A DNA stretch of 48,462 bases from Roseobacter sp. Its GTDB lineage: Bacteria > Pseudomonadota > Alphaproteobacteria > Rhodobacterales > Rhodobacteraceae. Below the pieces are notes generated by a model that did no database searches, was not told the origin of the DNA, and was given only the letters and a program-made list of their open reading frames with translations. Positions 7,853-17,350 of the stretch are shown in pieces. Positions within the stretch are counted from its first letter, which is position 1. Each line of letters starts with the position of its first letter. The stretch is from positions 1-48,462 of the forward strand of contig JBFFFS010000001.1 of assembly GCA_041557855.1 (NCBI GenBank), written 5' to 3'. The translations under genes and the position numbers were made by a program.

Positions 7853-9580
7853 TCAATAATCGTAGCGAGCCTTTACCCGCTGCTGCAGCGGAAAGACCAG
7901 TTCCAGAACGTGCTGGGTTCCCTCGAAATTCGCCTCGACGCTACCGTTCAACTGACGAGCAAAAGCACTGATTAGCTGGGTTCCCAGTCCTGTGCCTTCG
8001 TCGCTCACGTTCCCCGAGATCGAATTCGCAACCTGCAGCTTGATCGTGTTTTCATCTTCCTGCTTGAGAAGAATTACCAGTTCGGACTTGCCGCCGGGTT
8101 TGGCCGGGCCGATGTATTTCAGCGCATTGGTTACCGCCTCGGAGGCCAGAAGAGTCAGCGGCGCGGCATCATCCGCGTCGAGATCGAATGAATCGTATTC
8201 CTGAGTCACTTCGATCCTGCGCCCGGCGGGCAATCCGACACGCAACAACTGGCCAATGATCTGCTCAAGCAGTGCGCCGGCGTCCACACGATCGAGCGCT
8301 TCGGCCTGATAAAGGTTCTGGTGCACTGTCGCGAGGCTGAGAATACGGTCCTGCAGACGCTTTAGCACCGCGCGGGCATCGTCGGACTGGGCGCGGCGAA
8401 TCTGCATGTTCATGATCGATGAAATCATCTGCAGATTATTTTTGACACGATGGTGCACTTCTTTGAGCAGGATGTTCTTGTCCCGCAAGCTGTCTTCCAG
8501 AGCGGCCTCGTCGCGGACAATGGACTCGGCCATTCGCACGAAGCTTTGTTGCATCTGCAGCAATTCCAGCGGGACCCCCTGCCCCATGCTGGTGTGCGGT
8601 ACGCGACGATTGTAAGCGAAATGGCGCATCTGCCGGCCAAGCTTGCGGATATGGCGTACTGCTAGTCGATTCAACGACCAGAAAGCGACTACGAGACTGG
8701 CAAGCCACATAAGCACCGGCAGGAAGATACTGAAGCCCACCGATTTAACGATGTTCCCTCCCATGTCTTCGGGGTGCCAGATACTCAGCGAATAGGCCAC
8801 ATCCGAAACGATCGGAACAACGGTATATACCCGATCTTCGCCGGCCATATTCTCCGCATGAAACACCAGCGAGTCCTGTCCGACCAGTGCCGCCAGCGCG
8901 CGGTTAGCCGGCAAATTCGCCTGTACTGCTTCGCGGCCACGACTGGCACGGACAAGTTCGCCCATGCTGTTGAACGTTACGAGGTCAACGGTTGTCGAAG
9001 CATTCAGGAGACGGGGCAGATCGCTTTTAATCAGGCTTTGCGGCACGGAAATGACCATGTAGCCGGCAAAATCGCCATCCGAGTATAAAGGCTGGCTCAG
9101 GGTCACCACCGATTCCCTGCTGACCACCGGGCTTTCGATGGCCTGAACCAGACGGTTCCGGGCCTCCATGCGATCCTTCAACCCGGGCATATCCGCGAAA
9201 TTTACCTCGACCCCGTCGGAGCTGCACAGCATCATTCCGTTCGGAGGTACGTAGCCGGCGAAAAGATATGTGTCGGACGACCCGATGAAGGAAGCGAGAA
9301 ATTCTGAACATCCGGCAGGATCATCCCGGTAAAGCTTTACGGTTTCACTGAGGGTGTAGGCAGCACCGAAACCTTCCAACAAAATGGAACGTTCGGAATT
9401 GGCGGCCTGGTTTGTCAGCGCCACCAGCGACAGCTCTGAATTGAAGTCAGCCTGCCTGGCGATCTCGCGGGTCTGGAAAACCGCGATCAGTCCGAAAGGA
9501 AGCAGCGCCAGCGTCAGGAAGAGAAGGATGCGAAAGGCGAGGCCCCGAAAGATATCGCCATCCAAAAGCCCGCCCGTCAT
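7853..9580 (-). CDS. Membrane sensor histidine kinase, HisKA_2 type (general stress response kinase)
   Basis: Two TM segments around a periplasmic domain; H-box EVHHRVKNNLQ; EAVTNALKY, GTGLG; directly downstream of ecfG. Confidence 0.88.
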   Translation of the reverse strand: MTGGLLDGDIFRGLAFRILLFLTLALLPFGLIAVFQTREIARQADFNSELSLVALTNQAANSERSILLEGFGAAYTLSETVKLYRDDPAGCSEFLASFIGSSDTYLFAGYVPPNGMMLCSSDGVEVNFADMPGLKDRMEARNRLVQAIESPVVSRESVVTLSQPLYSDGDFAGYMVISVPQSLIKSDLPRLLNASTTVDLVTFNSMGELVRASRGREAVQANLPANRALAALVGQDSLVFHAENMAGEDRVYTVVPIVSDVAYSLSIWHPEDMGGNIVKSVGFSIFLPVLMWLASLVVAFWSLNRLAVRHIRKLGRQMRHFAYNRRVPHTSMGQGVPLELLQMQQSFVRMAESIVRDEAALEDSLRDKNILLKEVHHRVKNNLQMISSIMNMQIRRAQSDDARAVLKRLQDRILSLATVHQNLYQAEALDRVDAGALLEQIIGQLLRVGLPAGRRIEVTQEYDSFDLDADDAAPLTLLASEAVTNALKYIGPAKPGGKSELVILLKQEDENTIKLQVANSISGNVSDEGTGLGTQLISAFARQLNGSVEANFEGTQHVLELVFPLQQRVKARYDY

Positions 9581-9586
9581 AGGAGG

Positions 9587-10144
9587 TCAGAAAGACGAGG
9601 CTTTTGAGGCCGAGAGTACCGACACTGTCGCTTCATCTGTCAGTTCCAGCTTCTCGTCTTCATCCAGTTCCATAAGCTCGGCCAGCCGTTGCCTTGCCCG
9701 TCCGATGCGACTCTTGATCGTACCGATGGCACAGCCACACATTTCCGCCGCTTCTTCATAAGAGAAACCGGAGGCGCCGACCAGCAGCAATGCCTCGCGC
9801 TGCTCGTCGTTCAACTGTGCAAAGGCGGCGCGAAAATCGTTCATCTGCAAACGTCCGTCATGTGCGGGCTTTTCGGCCATCGCTTCGGTATGGATTCCAT
9901 CGATATCCGCCACTTCCCGCTTTGCCTTGCGGCGCGACGAGTAATAGGTGTTGCGCAAAATGGTAAAGAGCCACGCGCGCAGGTTGGTACCGGGCTCGAA
10001 CTTGTCGATGTTCGTCCAGGCTTTGACAAGAGTATCCTGTACCATGTCGTCTGCGGTGGCAGGGTTGCGGGTCAGGCTTATTGCGAAGGCGCGCATCGCC
10101 GGCAGGTGTTCGACGAGTTCGTCGCGCGGATCAGGGGCGCTCAT
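9587..10144 (-). CDS. ecfG: ECF sigma factor EcfG (SigT/RpoE2 type)
   Basis: LPAMRAFAISLTRN, FEPGTNLRAWLFTILRN, SYEEAAEMCGCAIGTIKSR; nepR/phyR context. Confidence 0.92.
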   Translation of the reverse strand: MSAPDPRDELVEHLPAMRAFAISLTRNPATADDMVQDTLVKAWTNIDKFEPGTNLRAWLFTILRNTYYSSRRKAKREVADIDGIHTEAMAEKPAHDGRLQMNDFRAAFAQLNDEQREALLLVGASGFSYEEAAEMCGCAIGTIKSRIGRARQRLAELMELDEDEKLELTDEATVSVLSASKASSF

Positions 10145-10299
10145 TTTTCCGATCCTTCTTCGCTCTCCTGCGATTTCAGCGCCTTGAGCAGTTCCTTGAA
10201 GCGATCAGGCACGCCCTCTTCCATGGTCTCCTGATAGACGCGCTTGAGGTTCTCATCGATCACGCTTTCACGTTTTCGATTTGCGCCGGTTTTAGTCAT
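10141..10299 (-). CDS. nepR: Anti-sigma factor NepR (52 aa, absent from ORF track)
   Basis: Manual translation MTKTGANRKRESVIDENLKRVYQETMEEGVPDRFKELLKALKSQESEEGSEK; IDENL+RVY...EGVPDRF..LL motif; ATGA overlap with ecfG. Confidence 0.92.
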   Translation of the reverse strand: MTKTGANRKRESVIDENLKRVYQETMEEGVPDRFKELLKALKSQESEEGSEK

Positions 10300-10350
10300 A
10301 GTAACAAATTACCCTAGAGAGGTTGAAATTCTTCGCCACAGCTTACTCTA

Positions 10351-10376
10351 AACGCTGTTACTTGTTATATGGTTCC
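10351..10376 (-). promoter_or_regulatory. EcfG-dependent promoter of nepR-ecfG
   Basis: GGAAC-N17-CGTT on minus strand, matching the alphaproteobacterial EcfG consensus. Confidence 0.85.
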
Positions 10377-10404
10377 CGACGACCCAAAGAAAAGGATCAG
10401 GCGC

Positions 10405-11214
10405 ATGCCGACCGACACAGATACTCAGGACATCAGTACGGAACTCGGGGTGCATCTGCCCTACCTGCGCCGTTTCGCGCGAGCCATGACCGGCAGCCAA
10501 AGCAGCGGAGACACCTTCGCGGCGGCAGCGCTCGAAGCGATACTGGTCGATCGATCCGTTCTGGAAGGTGTCGATACGAAGACTGGTCTGTTTCGCGTGC
10601 TTTTCCGAATCTGGTCGAGCGCCGGCGCGCCGGTGGAACAGGGTGAAAGCGGCCTGAAGGCGCGCGCTCAAAAGCACCTTGCCCGCTTGACAGACAACAG
10701 CCGCGAGGCCTTGTTGCTGCACACGCTGGAAGGGTTCTCGTACAAGAACGTGGCGCAGATCATTGGAATTGAAGAGACCGAGGCGGAAGAACTCGTTCAG
10801 ATCGCCCGACGCGAAATGGCCGATGCCGTGTCGGGTGCCGTCATGATCATCGAAGACGAAGCGGTTATCGCCATGGATCTTGAAAGCATCGTTTCGGACA
10901 TGGGCCACCGGGTCACCGGTGTTGCACGTACGCGCGACGAAGCCGTCGAGCTTGGCAAAGCTGACGTGCCTGACCTCATCCTCGCGGACGTCCAGCTTGC
11001 CGATAACTCATCCGGAATCGACGCCGTCAACGATCTACTGAAAACCTTGGGTGACCGCCCGGTGATCTTTATCACCGCCTTCCCGGAAAGGCTTTTGACC
11101 GGCGAGAAACACGAACCGGCGTTCCTGATTTCCAAACCCTATGCCGAGGATCAGGTGATATCCGCGGTCAGCCAGGCAATGTTTTTTTCGTCCACGGAAA
11201 CGCTGAAAAGCTAA
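10405..11214 (+). CDS. phyR: Anti-anti-sigma response regulator PhyR
   Basis: N-terminal sigma-like HLPYLRRFARAMTGSQSSGD; receiver IIEDE...LADVQLADNSSG...FITAFPERLLTGE..EP.FLISKP; divergent from nepR. Confidence 0.95.
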   Translation: MPTDTDTQDISTELGVHLPYLRRFARAMTGSQSSGDTFAAAALEAILVDRSVLEGVDTKTGLFRVLFRIWSSAGAPVEQGESGLKARAQKHLARLTDNSREALLLHTLEGFSYKNVAQIIGIEETEAEELVQIARREMADAVSGAVMIIEDEAVIAMDLESIVSDMGHRVTGVARTRDEAVELGKADVPDLILADVQLADNSSGIDAVNDLLKTLGDRPVIFITAFPERLLTGEKHEPAFLISKPYAEDQVISAVSQAMFFSSTETLKS

Positions 11215-11318
11215 AAAGCTGAGTTTCGACACTTGTATCCCTACCCCCACCGCAACAGCGAAGGGGGCTGTACCTATACAGGGTTCTATTTTAACTTCAC
11301 CTGTAAAGTCCGGCAGCG

Positions 11319-11816
11319 TCAGTTTTTAGAGATGGAGCGCAGCATCCACGATGCTTTTTCATGAAAGGCGGCGCGGGAGGTGGCCATGTCCTCGGTCACC
11401 GGGTCGCCTGCATCATGGGCGATCTTGATGAGGTGATGCATTCGGTGCGCCACCCGCGCATGATCCTCGGCCAACTCGTCACACATCGCACCCGCCGACA
11501 GCGGGCTCTCATCATCCTGAACAATCGAATTGGCCACGATCCGCGACAGGGACGCCGGGGCAAGATGTCCCAACGCGCGAATACGCTCAGCGATATCATC
11601 CGCCGCATCGAACATGTTCTGGTACTGTGTTTCAGTCAGCGTGTGGACGGAAAAGAAAAGCGGACCCTCCACATTCCAGTGAATAGCATGGGTCTTGAAG
11701 ATCAGACGGTATGTATCGGCTAGCATCTGCTCCAGCCCCTGACCCATGGCTTCGGTATCCTTGACGCCGGCTTCGATCTCTTCGGTTTTTGGCACAACGT
11801 TTAATGCGCTCGACAT
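11319..11816 (-). CDS. dps: Dps family DNA-protection ferritin-like protein
   Basis: KTHAIHWNVEGPLFFSVH, DDIAERIRALG, HEKASWML; GGAGG RBS before ATG at 11816. Confidence 0.92.
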   Translation of the reverse strand: MSSALNVVPKTEEIEAGVKDTEAMGQGLEQMLADTYRLIFKTHAIHWNVEGPLFFSVHTLTETQYQNMFDAADDIAERIRALGHLAPASLSRIVANSIVQDDESPLSAGAMCDELAEDHARVAHRMHHLIKIAHDAGDPVTEDMATSRAAFHEKASWMLRSISKN

Positions 11817-11849
11817 GTTGACATTTCCTCCTGAAGTTGTTGATGAGCA

Positions 11850-11874
11850 AACGCTGCGCTTTAAAATTTGTTCC
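11850..11874 (-). promoter_or_regulatory. EcfG-dependent promoter of dps
   Basis: GGAAC-N16-CGTT on minus strand, ending 33 nt upstream of the dps ATG. Confidence 0.8.
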
Positions 11875-11878
11875 ACTG

Positions 11879-12853
11879 TCAGGTTGAAGAGCGTGAAATC
11901 ACTTCTTCTGGCTTGTAGCTTCCGGCGTCGGCATCCGCCTCGAAATCCAGTTCCTGCTGATCTTCGATGTCCGCTTCGCCGCTATCGTAGTCAGATATCG
12001 GGTCATCCCGGAACTTGGGTAGTCGTTTTTCCAGCTCTGCATTCAGCGCTGCACCCAGAAGCACTAGAAAGCTGCTGATCCATAGCCAGATGAGCATCGC
12101 TATCACTGCCCCGATGGACCCGTACACCTCATTGTAATTCCCAAAGCGCGAAACATAGAAGGAAAACGCAATTGAAATGCAAGCCCAGGACACCCCGGCA
12201 AGCACCGCGCCCGGCGTGAGAAACTGTGTGCGCTTGGGCCGACGGTTTGGGCCATACCGATAAAGCATACCGATTGCCACAAAGATCACGACTATGGCAA
12301 TGGACCAGCGCAGTGCCTCGAAGGCCAACGAAGCAATGCTGCCCAGCGGGAAAAATGCCAGAGCGACAGGTGCCACCACCACGGTAAGTAACGCCACGAT
12401 GCCAACGCCCACGATGCAAATCGTCAGAAGCAGGGCACGGGCATAATGTCTCCACGTTGCCCGGTCTTCTGTCGAATAGACCGAGTTGAGCCCTTGCATC
12501 AGCGCGCCAACACCTGCCCGCGCCGACCATAACGCGAAACCGACGGAAACCGCCCCCGCCCATTCCAGCCGGCTGGAACTGGTACTGACCAGACCGACAA
12601 TACGCGTATTGAGGATTTGATAGACTTCTTCCGGCATCAACCCGCGGATCTGTTCAAGTTCGTATATCACCACCGCCGGATCGGCGATCAGGCTGAGGAT
12701 GGAAACCAGCGCCGCAAGACCGGGAAAAACCGACAGCATGGCAAAAAACGCAACTCCCGCTGAAATCAAAGCGATATTGTTGCGCGGAATCTGGGCGATC
12801 GCTGCTTTGACCGCATCCCAATACAGCGGCAGAACCTTTTCATCTTTGCTCAT
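11879..12853 (-). CDS. YihY/virulence factor BrkB family membrane protein
   Basis: LISAGVAFFAMLSVFP, LYRYGPNR, YNEVYGSIGAVI..L.WL...LLGAALN; acidic tail. Confidence 0.88.
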   Translation of the reverse strand: MSKDEKVLPLYWDAVKAAIAQIPRNNIALISAGVAFFAMLSVFPGLAALVSILSLIADPAVVIYELEQIRGLMPEEVYQILNTRIVGLVSTSSSRLEWAGAVSVGFALWSARAGVGALMQGLNSVYSTEDRATWRHYARALLLTICIVGVGIVALLTVVVAPVALAFFPLGSIASLAFEALRWSIAIVVIFVAIGMLYRYGPNRRPKRTQFLTPGAVLAGVSWACISIAFSFYVSRFGNYNEVYGSIGAVIAMLIWLWISSFLVLLGAALNAELEKRLPKFRDDPISDYDSGEADIEDQQELDFEADADAGSYKPEEVISRSST

Positions 12854-12941
12854 CCGTTCAGACTACGCATATCGCGCGATCGGGCGCAAATCGAAGCCGG
12901 GCAGGTAAAAGAATCTGTGGCGTGCCAGAACATATCCCGTC

Positions 12942-13760
12942 TCACGGTTCTTCTTGCACTTCTTCGCGTACCTGTCCGTAGGCCATCAGGGTGAAAATAA
13001 TGGTGCCACCAATGATGTTACCCGCCAAGACCGGCAGAAAAAAACCACCGACAGCACCGGCAAAACCAAGTTCGCCGCGCAGGACAAGAACCGCCATTTC
13101 AACCGAACCTGCGACGATGTGGGTAAAATCACCCGCCGCGATCAGCCAGGTGAAGGTCAAAATGATGAAGAAGGAGGCGCTTTCGGCCTGTGGCAACATC
13201 CACACGATCAGCGCGACAATAACTCCCGCAGGGATTGCCCGCCAAAAACCCGTCGAGGCGCCCATGCCCGTGGCATGATGCGAAAGCTCCACGACAGACG
13301 CCATGATCTCAGCCGGAATGGCCGTAGTGAACACAAAAAGGCTGGCCACCGCGAATGCGCCGACCACGTTCGCCGCCAGAACCACCGTCCACAGCCTCAG
13401 CATTGACAGCGACATGCGCAAGCTGCGCGAGTTAATCACCGGTAGCACCGTGGTAATCGTATTTTCCGTGAAGAGCTGCATCCGGCCCATGATCACGGCA
13501 AGAAAACCCAAAGAGTATCCAATATTTTCAATAAGATACTTTCCGCTGCTCTCCGGAAGATAAGTACGGAAGATGGCCTCGCCCAGAACGGACAGGCTGA
13601 TCATCACGCCTGCTGCAATCCCCGACCACAGAAGCGAACGAAACGGGCGCTCCATTTCTTCGACGCCCTCGCGCCGGATGACCTCGTAAATCTGCTTTGG
13701 CGCCAGGGCAGACGCTTCGGAAACAGTGTCTTCCTTTTCATGGTCGGATGACATCAGCAT
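12942..13760 (-). CDS. Formate/nitrite transporter family protein (YfdC-like)
   Basis: GVEEMERP..SLLWSGIAAG, QLFTENTIT, HIVAGS, GNIIGG; GGAG RBS upstream of 13760; the longer 540-aa track ORF is antisense overlap. Confidence 0.87.
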   Translation of the reverse strand: MLMSSDHEKEDTVSEASALAPKQIYEVIRREGVEEMERPFRSLLWSGIAAGVMISLSVLGEAIFRTYLPESSGKYLIENIGYSLGFLAVIMGRMQLFTENTITTVLPVINSRSLRMSLSMLRLWTVVLAANVVGAFAVASLFVFTTAIPAEIMASVVELSHHATGMGASTGFWRAIPAGVIVALIVWMLPQAESASFFIILTFTWLIAAGDFTHIVAGSVEMAVLVLRGELGFAGAVGGFFLPVLAGNIIGGTIIFTLMAYGQVREEVQEEP

Positions 13761-13865
13761 GGGTGTCGTGTTCTCCTGTTTGAACTGCAAAAACCCGCAG
13801 CAAGGTTGACTATAAACCATTTCAACCCCAATCAGTTCCCGAAATGCATAGTGAGAGGGCCCCGC

Positions 13866-15119
13866 ATGACATCTTTCAATCACGACGTGATGCAGGAAGT
13901 CCGGGACCGCTTTGCGCATGTGGATGAATGTCCATTCCAGGGACCACGCATTTTTTTCGAAAATGCCGGCGGTGCTCTGACGTTGAAAACGGCCGTCGAG
14001 ACCTCCGCGCGCTTCGCTGCGATCCCCGACAACCAGGGCCGTGACAACCCAGCGGCAAAAGCGTTGGGAGAGGTCATTGCCCAAGCCAAGGAGGACATGC
14101 GGACCTTTTTCAACCCGAACGAGGGCCAGTTCTTCGTGGGAGAAAGCGGAACCGAGCTTTTGTTTCGCCTGATTCGAACGGCGATCGCGGGAACCCCGCC
14201 GGGGTCCGTGATCGGCGCCACCGTCGAGCATCCGGCCTCGCGGTCTGCAGCGCGCCACTGGGCCGAAATCTGCGGCAAACCCTATATCAGCATTGCCCAT
14301 GACGATGCCACCGGCGCGGTCACGGCCCGACACTACGCATCGCAGATGACACCCGACGTGCAAGTGGCCACAATATTGCACACCTCCCCGGTCACCGGTA
14401 TCGCCAACGACGTGGCTGCCATTGCCACAGAAATCCGGGCCCACGCACCACAGGCCTTCATTATCGTCGATGGTATTCAACACGCCAGCCATGGTGACAT
14501 CGATATCGCCCACTACGACATCGATGGGTATGTCGTGTCGCCGTACAAGGTCTTCTCCCGCCATGGTTACGGCGTGGCATGGGCCTCCGACAGGCTTTCC
14601 GCACTGCCCTTGGAAAACCTCATCGACGGACCGGTCACGAACTGGGAAATGGGCACGCGAGACACCGGGGCCTATGCGACGTTTTCGGATGTCGTCAGCT
14701 ATTTTTCATGGCTGGGGGGTGCCACCGGGGACGCCGAGGACCCCCGCGAGCGGATCAGGGCCGCCGCCGCCGCAATCCGCCGTCACGAGCATGCCCTGAC
14801 AGACGCGTTGATCAATGGCGCCGGCAACTTGGCGGGCCTTGCCGACTTACCCGGTGCGATCATTCTCGGGGGGCGGGACAACCCCGCGCGCGAAGGTCTG
14901 GTATGTTTTGCTCTTGAACACATCCCGGCGGCGCAGATCGTATCGCAACTCAACAACCAAGGCATCCGCACTCATATCCGCAAGGCCGATCACTATTCGG
15001 GAAATATCCTTTCGCCGCTGGGCCTGGAGGCTGCCGTTCGGGTTTCGCTGTGCCACTACAACACGCTTGACGAAATCAAGGTGCTGCTCGCGGCGATGAA
15101 GGACATCGCCACCGCCTGA
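13866..15119 (+). CDS. Class V aminotransferase, cysteine desulfurase-like
   Basis: IFFENAGG, EHPA, VDGIQH, SPYK PLP lysine, VRVSLCHYNT; GAGAGG RBS. Confidence 0.85.
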   Translation: MTSFNHDVMQEVRDRFAHVDECPFQGPRIFFENAGGALTLKTAVETSARFAAIPDNQGRDNPAAKALGEVIAQAKEDMRTFFNPNEGQFFVGESGTELLFRLIRTAIAGTPPGSVIGATVEHPASRSAARHWAEICGKPYISIAHDDATGAVTARHYASQMTPDVQVATILHTSPVTGIANDVAAIATEIRAHAPQAFIIVDGIQHASHGDIDIAHYDIDGYVVSPYKVFSRHGYGVAWASDRLSALPLENLIDGPVTNWEMGTRDTGAYATFSDVVSYFSWLGGATGDAEDPRERIRAAAAAIRRHEHALTDALINGAGNLAGLADLPGAIILGGRDNPAREGLVCFALEHIPAAQIVSQLNNQGIRTHIRKADHYSGNILSPLGLEAAVRVSLCHYNTLDEIKVLLAAMKDIATA

Positions 15120-15131
15120 CCGGAAGCTGCC

Positions 15132-15154
15132 GCTTCTTTGGACTGAAAATATCC
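15132..15154 (+). repeat. Dispersed intergenic repeat, copy A (truncated)
   Basis: GCTTCTTTGGACTGAAAATATCC; related to 26598, 35252, 43691. Confidence 0.5.
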
Positions 15155-15221
15155 ATATTCCGACCTCGGACACCTGTCACGAGACTTGCCATTCCGGGCG
15201 CCGCCGCCAAGACTGACTGCC

Positions 15222-16499
15222 ATGACAGACCTTACCGCTCGCCTTTCCGACAAGCGCGACGACCTGATCGCGCTCACGCAGGAGCTGATCCGCATCCCGA
15301 CACTGAACCCGCCGGGACAGGATTATCTTCTGATCTGCGAGTATCTTCAGCGCCGCCTCTCCGCGCGGGGGTTTGCCACAGAACTCATTCGGGCTCACGG
15401 CACACCGGGAGACAGCGACAAATATCCCCGCTGGAATATCGTCGCCCGCCACGAAGGCCGGCACCCGGGTGCTTGCGTGCATTTCAACAGTCATACGGAT
15501 GTGGTCGAGGTCGGTCAGGGCTGGAGCCTCGATCCTTTCGCAGCGGAGTTCCGTGATGGAAGGATCTACGGGCGCGGCGCCTGTGACATGAAAGGCGGGC
15601 TGGCCGCCTCGATCATCGCCGCCGAAGCCTTTATCGAGTGCTATCCAGATTATGCCGGCGCCATCGAGATTTCAGGCACGGCGGATGAGGAATCCGGCGG
15701 TTACGGCGGCGTGGCCTACCTTGCCGAACGCGGGTATTTCGACCCGGCGCGCGTGCAGCATGTCATCATCCCCGAACCCCTGAACAAGGACCGTATCTGC
15801 CTTGGCCATCGCGGCGGCTGGTGGGCCGAGATCGAAACCCATGGCGAGATTGCCCATGGAGCCATGCCATTCCTGGGGGATTGCGCAGTCCGCCATATGG
15901 GAGCGGTATTGCAAACCTTCGAAAAAAAACTCTACCCGGCCATGGCGGCGCGGCATACCGAAATGCCCGTCGTGCCGGACGGCGCGCGGCAATCGACCAT
16001 GAACATCAATTCAATCCATGGCGGTCAGCCCGACCAGCCCCCCGAAGACACCAGCCTGCCCGCCCATTGCGTTCCCGACAGTTGCCGCATCGTGATCGAC
16101 CGCCGCTACCTGATGGAGGAAACGCTGGATGAGGTTCGCGGCGAGATAACGGCCCTTCTGGAAGCACTGAAAGAAACCCGGCCAGACTTCAATTACACGA
16201 TGACCGAACTGAACTCGGTACTGCCCTCGATGACGGACCGGAACGCACCCGTTGTACGCACGGTGGCGGATGCCATCGAAAAGGTCATCGGCCGGCCGCC
16301 CGAATATGTCGCCTCTCCGGGCACCTACGACCAGAAGCATATTGACCGCATCGGCAAACTCAAAAACTGCATTGCCTACGGCCCCGGTATCCTCGAACTG
16401 GCCCACAAGCCTGACGAATACGTCGAGATAGACGACATGATGGATAGCGCCGCGGTCATGGCGCAGGCGCTTGTCACCCTACTGACGGACGCAAATTAA
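15222..16499 (+). CDS. M20 family deacylase (ArgE/DapE-like)
   Basis: HFNSHTDVV, YGRGACDMKGG, DEESGG, AHKPDEY. Confidence 0.88.
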   Translation: MTDLTARLSDKRDDLIALTQELIRIPTLNPPGQDYLLICEYLQRRLSARGFATELIRAHGTPGDSDKYPRWNIVARHEGRHPGACVHFNSHTDVVEVGQGWSLDPFAAEFRDGRIYGRGACDMKGGLAASIIAAEAFIECYPDYAGAIEISGTADEESGGYGGVAYLAERGYFDPARVQHVIIPEPLNKDRICLGHRGGWWAEIETHGEIAHGAMPFLGDCAVRHMGAVLQTFEKKLYPAMAARHTEMPVVPDGARQSTMNINSIHGGQPDQPPEDTSLPAHCVPDSCRIVIDRRYLMEETLDEVRGEITALLEALKETRPDFNYTMTELNSVLPSMTDRNAPVVRTVADAIEKVIGRPPEYVASPGTYDQKHIDRIGKLKNCIAYGPGILELAHKPDEYVEIDDMMDSAAVMAQALVTLLTDAN

Positions 16500-17350
16500 T
16501 CGATTGTGGGTACATCGATATTGTCGATGAGGCGTACCCCGGCAAGCCATGCCGCGGCAAACAGGCGCGTGGGCTCACTGGGCTTATCCAGTAGCCGCAA
16601 CCCGGCGCAGGAGCGGACTTCGAAGTAATCCACTTTGGTAAAACCGGCCGCTTGCAGCCGCGCAATTGCCTCGGATTGCAGCGCGGAAAAAGGCGCGCCC
16701 TCCGCCAGCTTCGCAACCGTCTGCTCCATGATCTCGCGAAGCCGCGGCGCCCTGATCCGCGCCCGGTCGGACAACAACAGGTTACGCGAAGACATCGCCA
16801 GCCCGTCTTCCTCCCGGATCGTCGGGCAACCCACCACCTCGATGGGAATATCTAGATCGCGCGCCATGCGCGTGACAACCATAAGCTGCTGAAAGTCCTT
16901 CTCCCCGAAATACGCCTTGTCAGCCGAGGTCTGGGTGAAGAGCTTGGTCACCACCGTTGCCACCCCGTCGAAATGCCCCGGTCGATGCGCACCGCAAAGC
17001 ACATCCGTCATTCCCGTGACAGAGACGTTCGTTGCAAAGCCTGCCGGATAAATCTGGCTCACATCCGGCGCATAGACCGCATCCACGGAAAAGCGCTCCA
17101 GCTTGCGGGCGTCCTCAGCTTCGGTGCGCGGGTAGGCATCGAGGTCCGAAGCCTGATTGAACTGCTTGGGATTGACAAAGATCGTAACGATAACGCGGTC
17201 GCAGCCTGCCTTGGCCGCCGCGACGAGGCTCAGGTGCCCATCATGCAGCGCACCCATCGTCGGGACGACGCCAATCGTCTCCCCCGCATTGCGCCAGCCT
17301 CGTGTTTCGGCGCACAACTCGGCGAGGGTGCGCAGGATCGGAACACTCAT
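16496..17350 (-). CDS. panC: Pantoate--beta-alanine ligase
   Basis: VPTMGALHDGH, FVNPKQF, RPGHFDGV, FGEKDFQQ, GLAMSSRN, RLIDN. Confidence 0.97.
   Translation of the reverse strand: MSVPILRTLAELCAETRGWRNAGETIGVVPTMGALHDGHLSLVAAAKAGCDRVIVTIFVNPKQFNQASDLDAYPRTEAEDARKLERFSVDAVYAPDVSQIYPAGFATNVSVTGMTDVLCGAHRPGHFDGVATVVTKLFTQTSADKAYFGEKDFQQLMVVTRMARDLDIPIEVVGCPTIREEDGLAMSSRNLLLSDRARIRAPRLREIMEQTVAKLAEGAPFSALQSEAIARLQAAGFTKVDYFEVRSCAGLRLLDKPSEPTRLFAAAWLAGVRLIDNIDVPTID

Noticed and set aside
10301-10324. EcfG promoter for phyR (GTAAC-N15-GGTT)
   Set aside because: Two mismatches and a short spacer; too weak to call
13761-14564. N-terminal extension of the FNT ORF (540 aa in track); similar extensions on panB, ABC ATPase, bchZ, bchX and crtI
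   Set aside because: They overlap real genes or promoters; family homology and RBS or promoter signals start later
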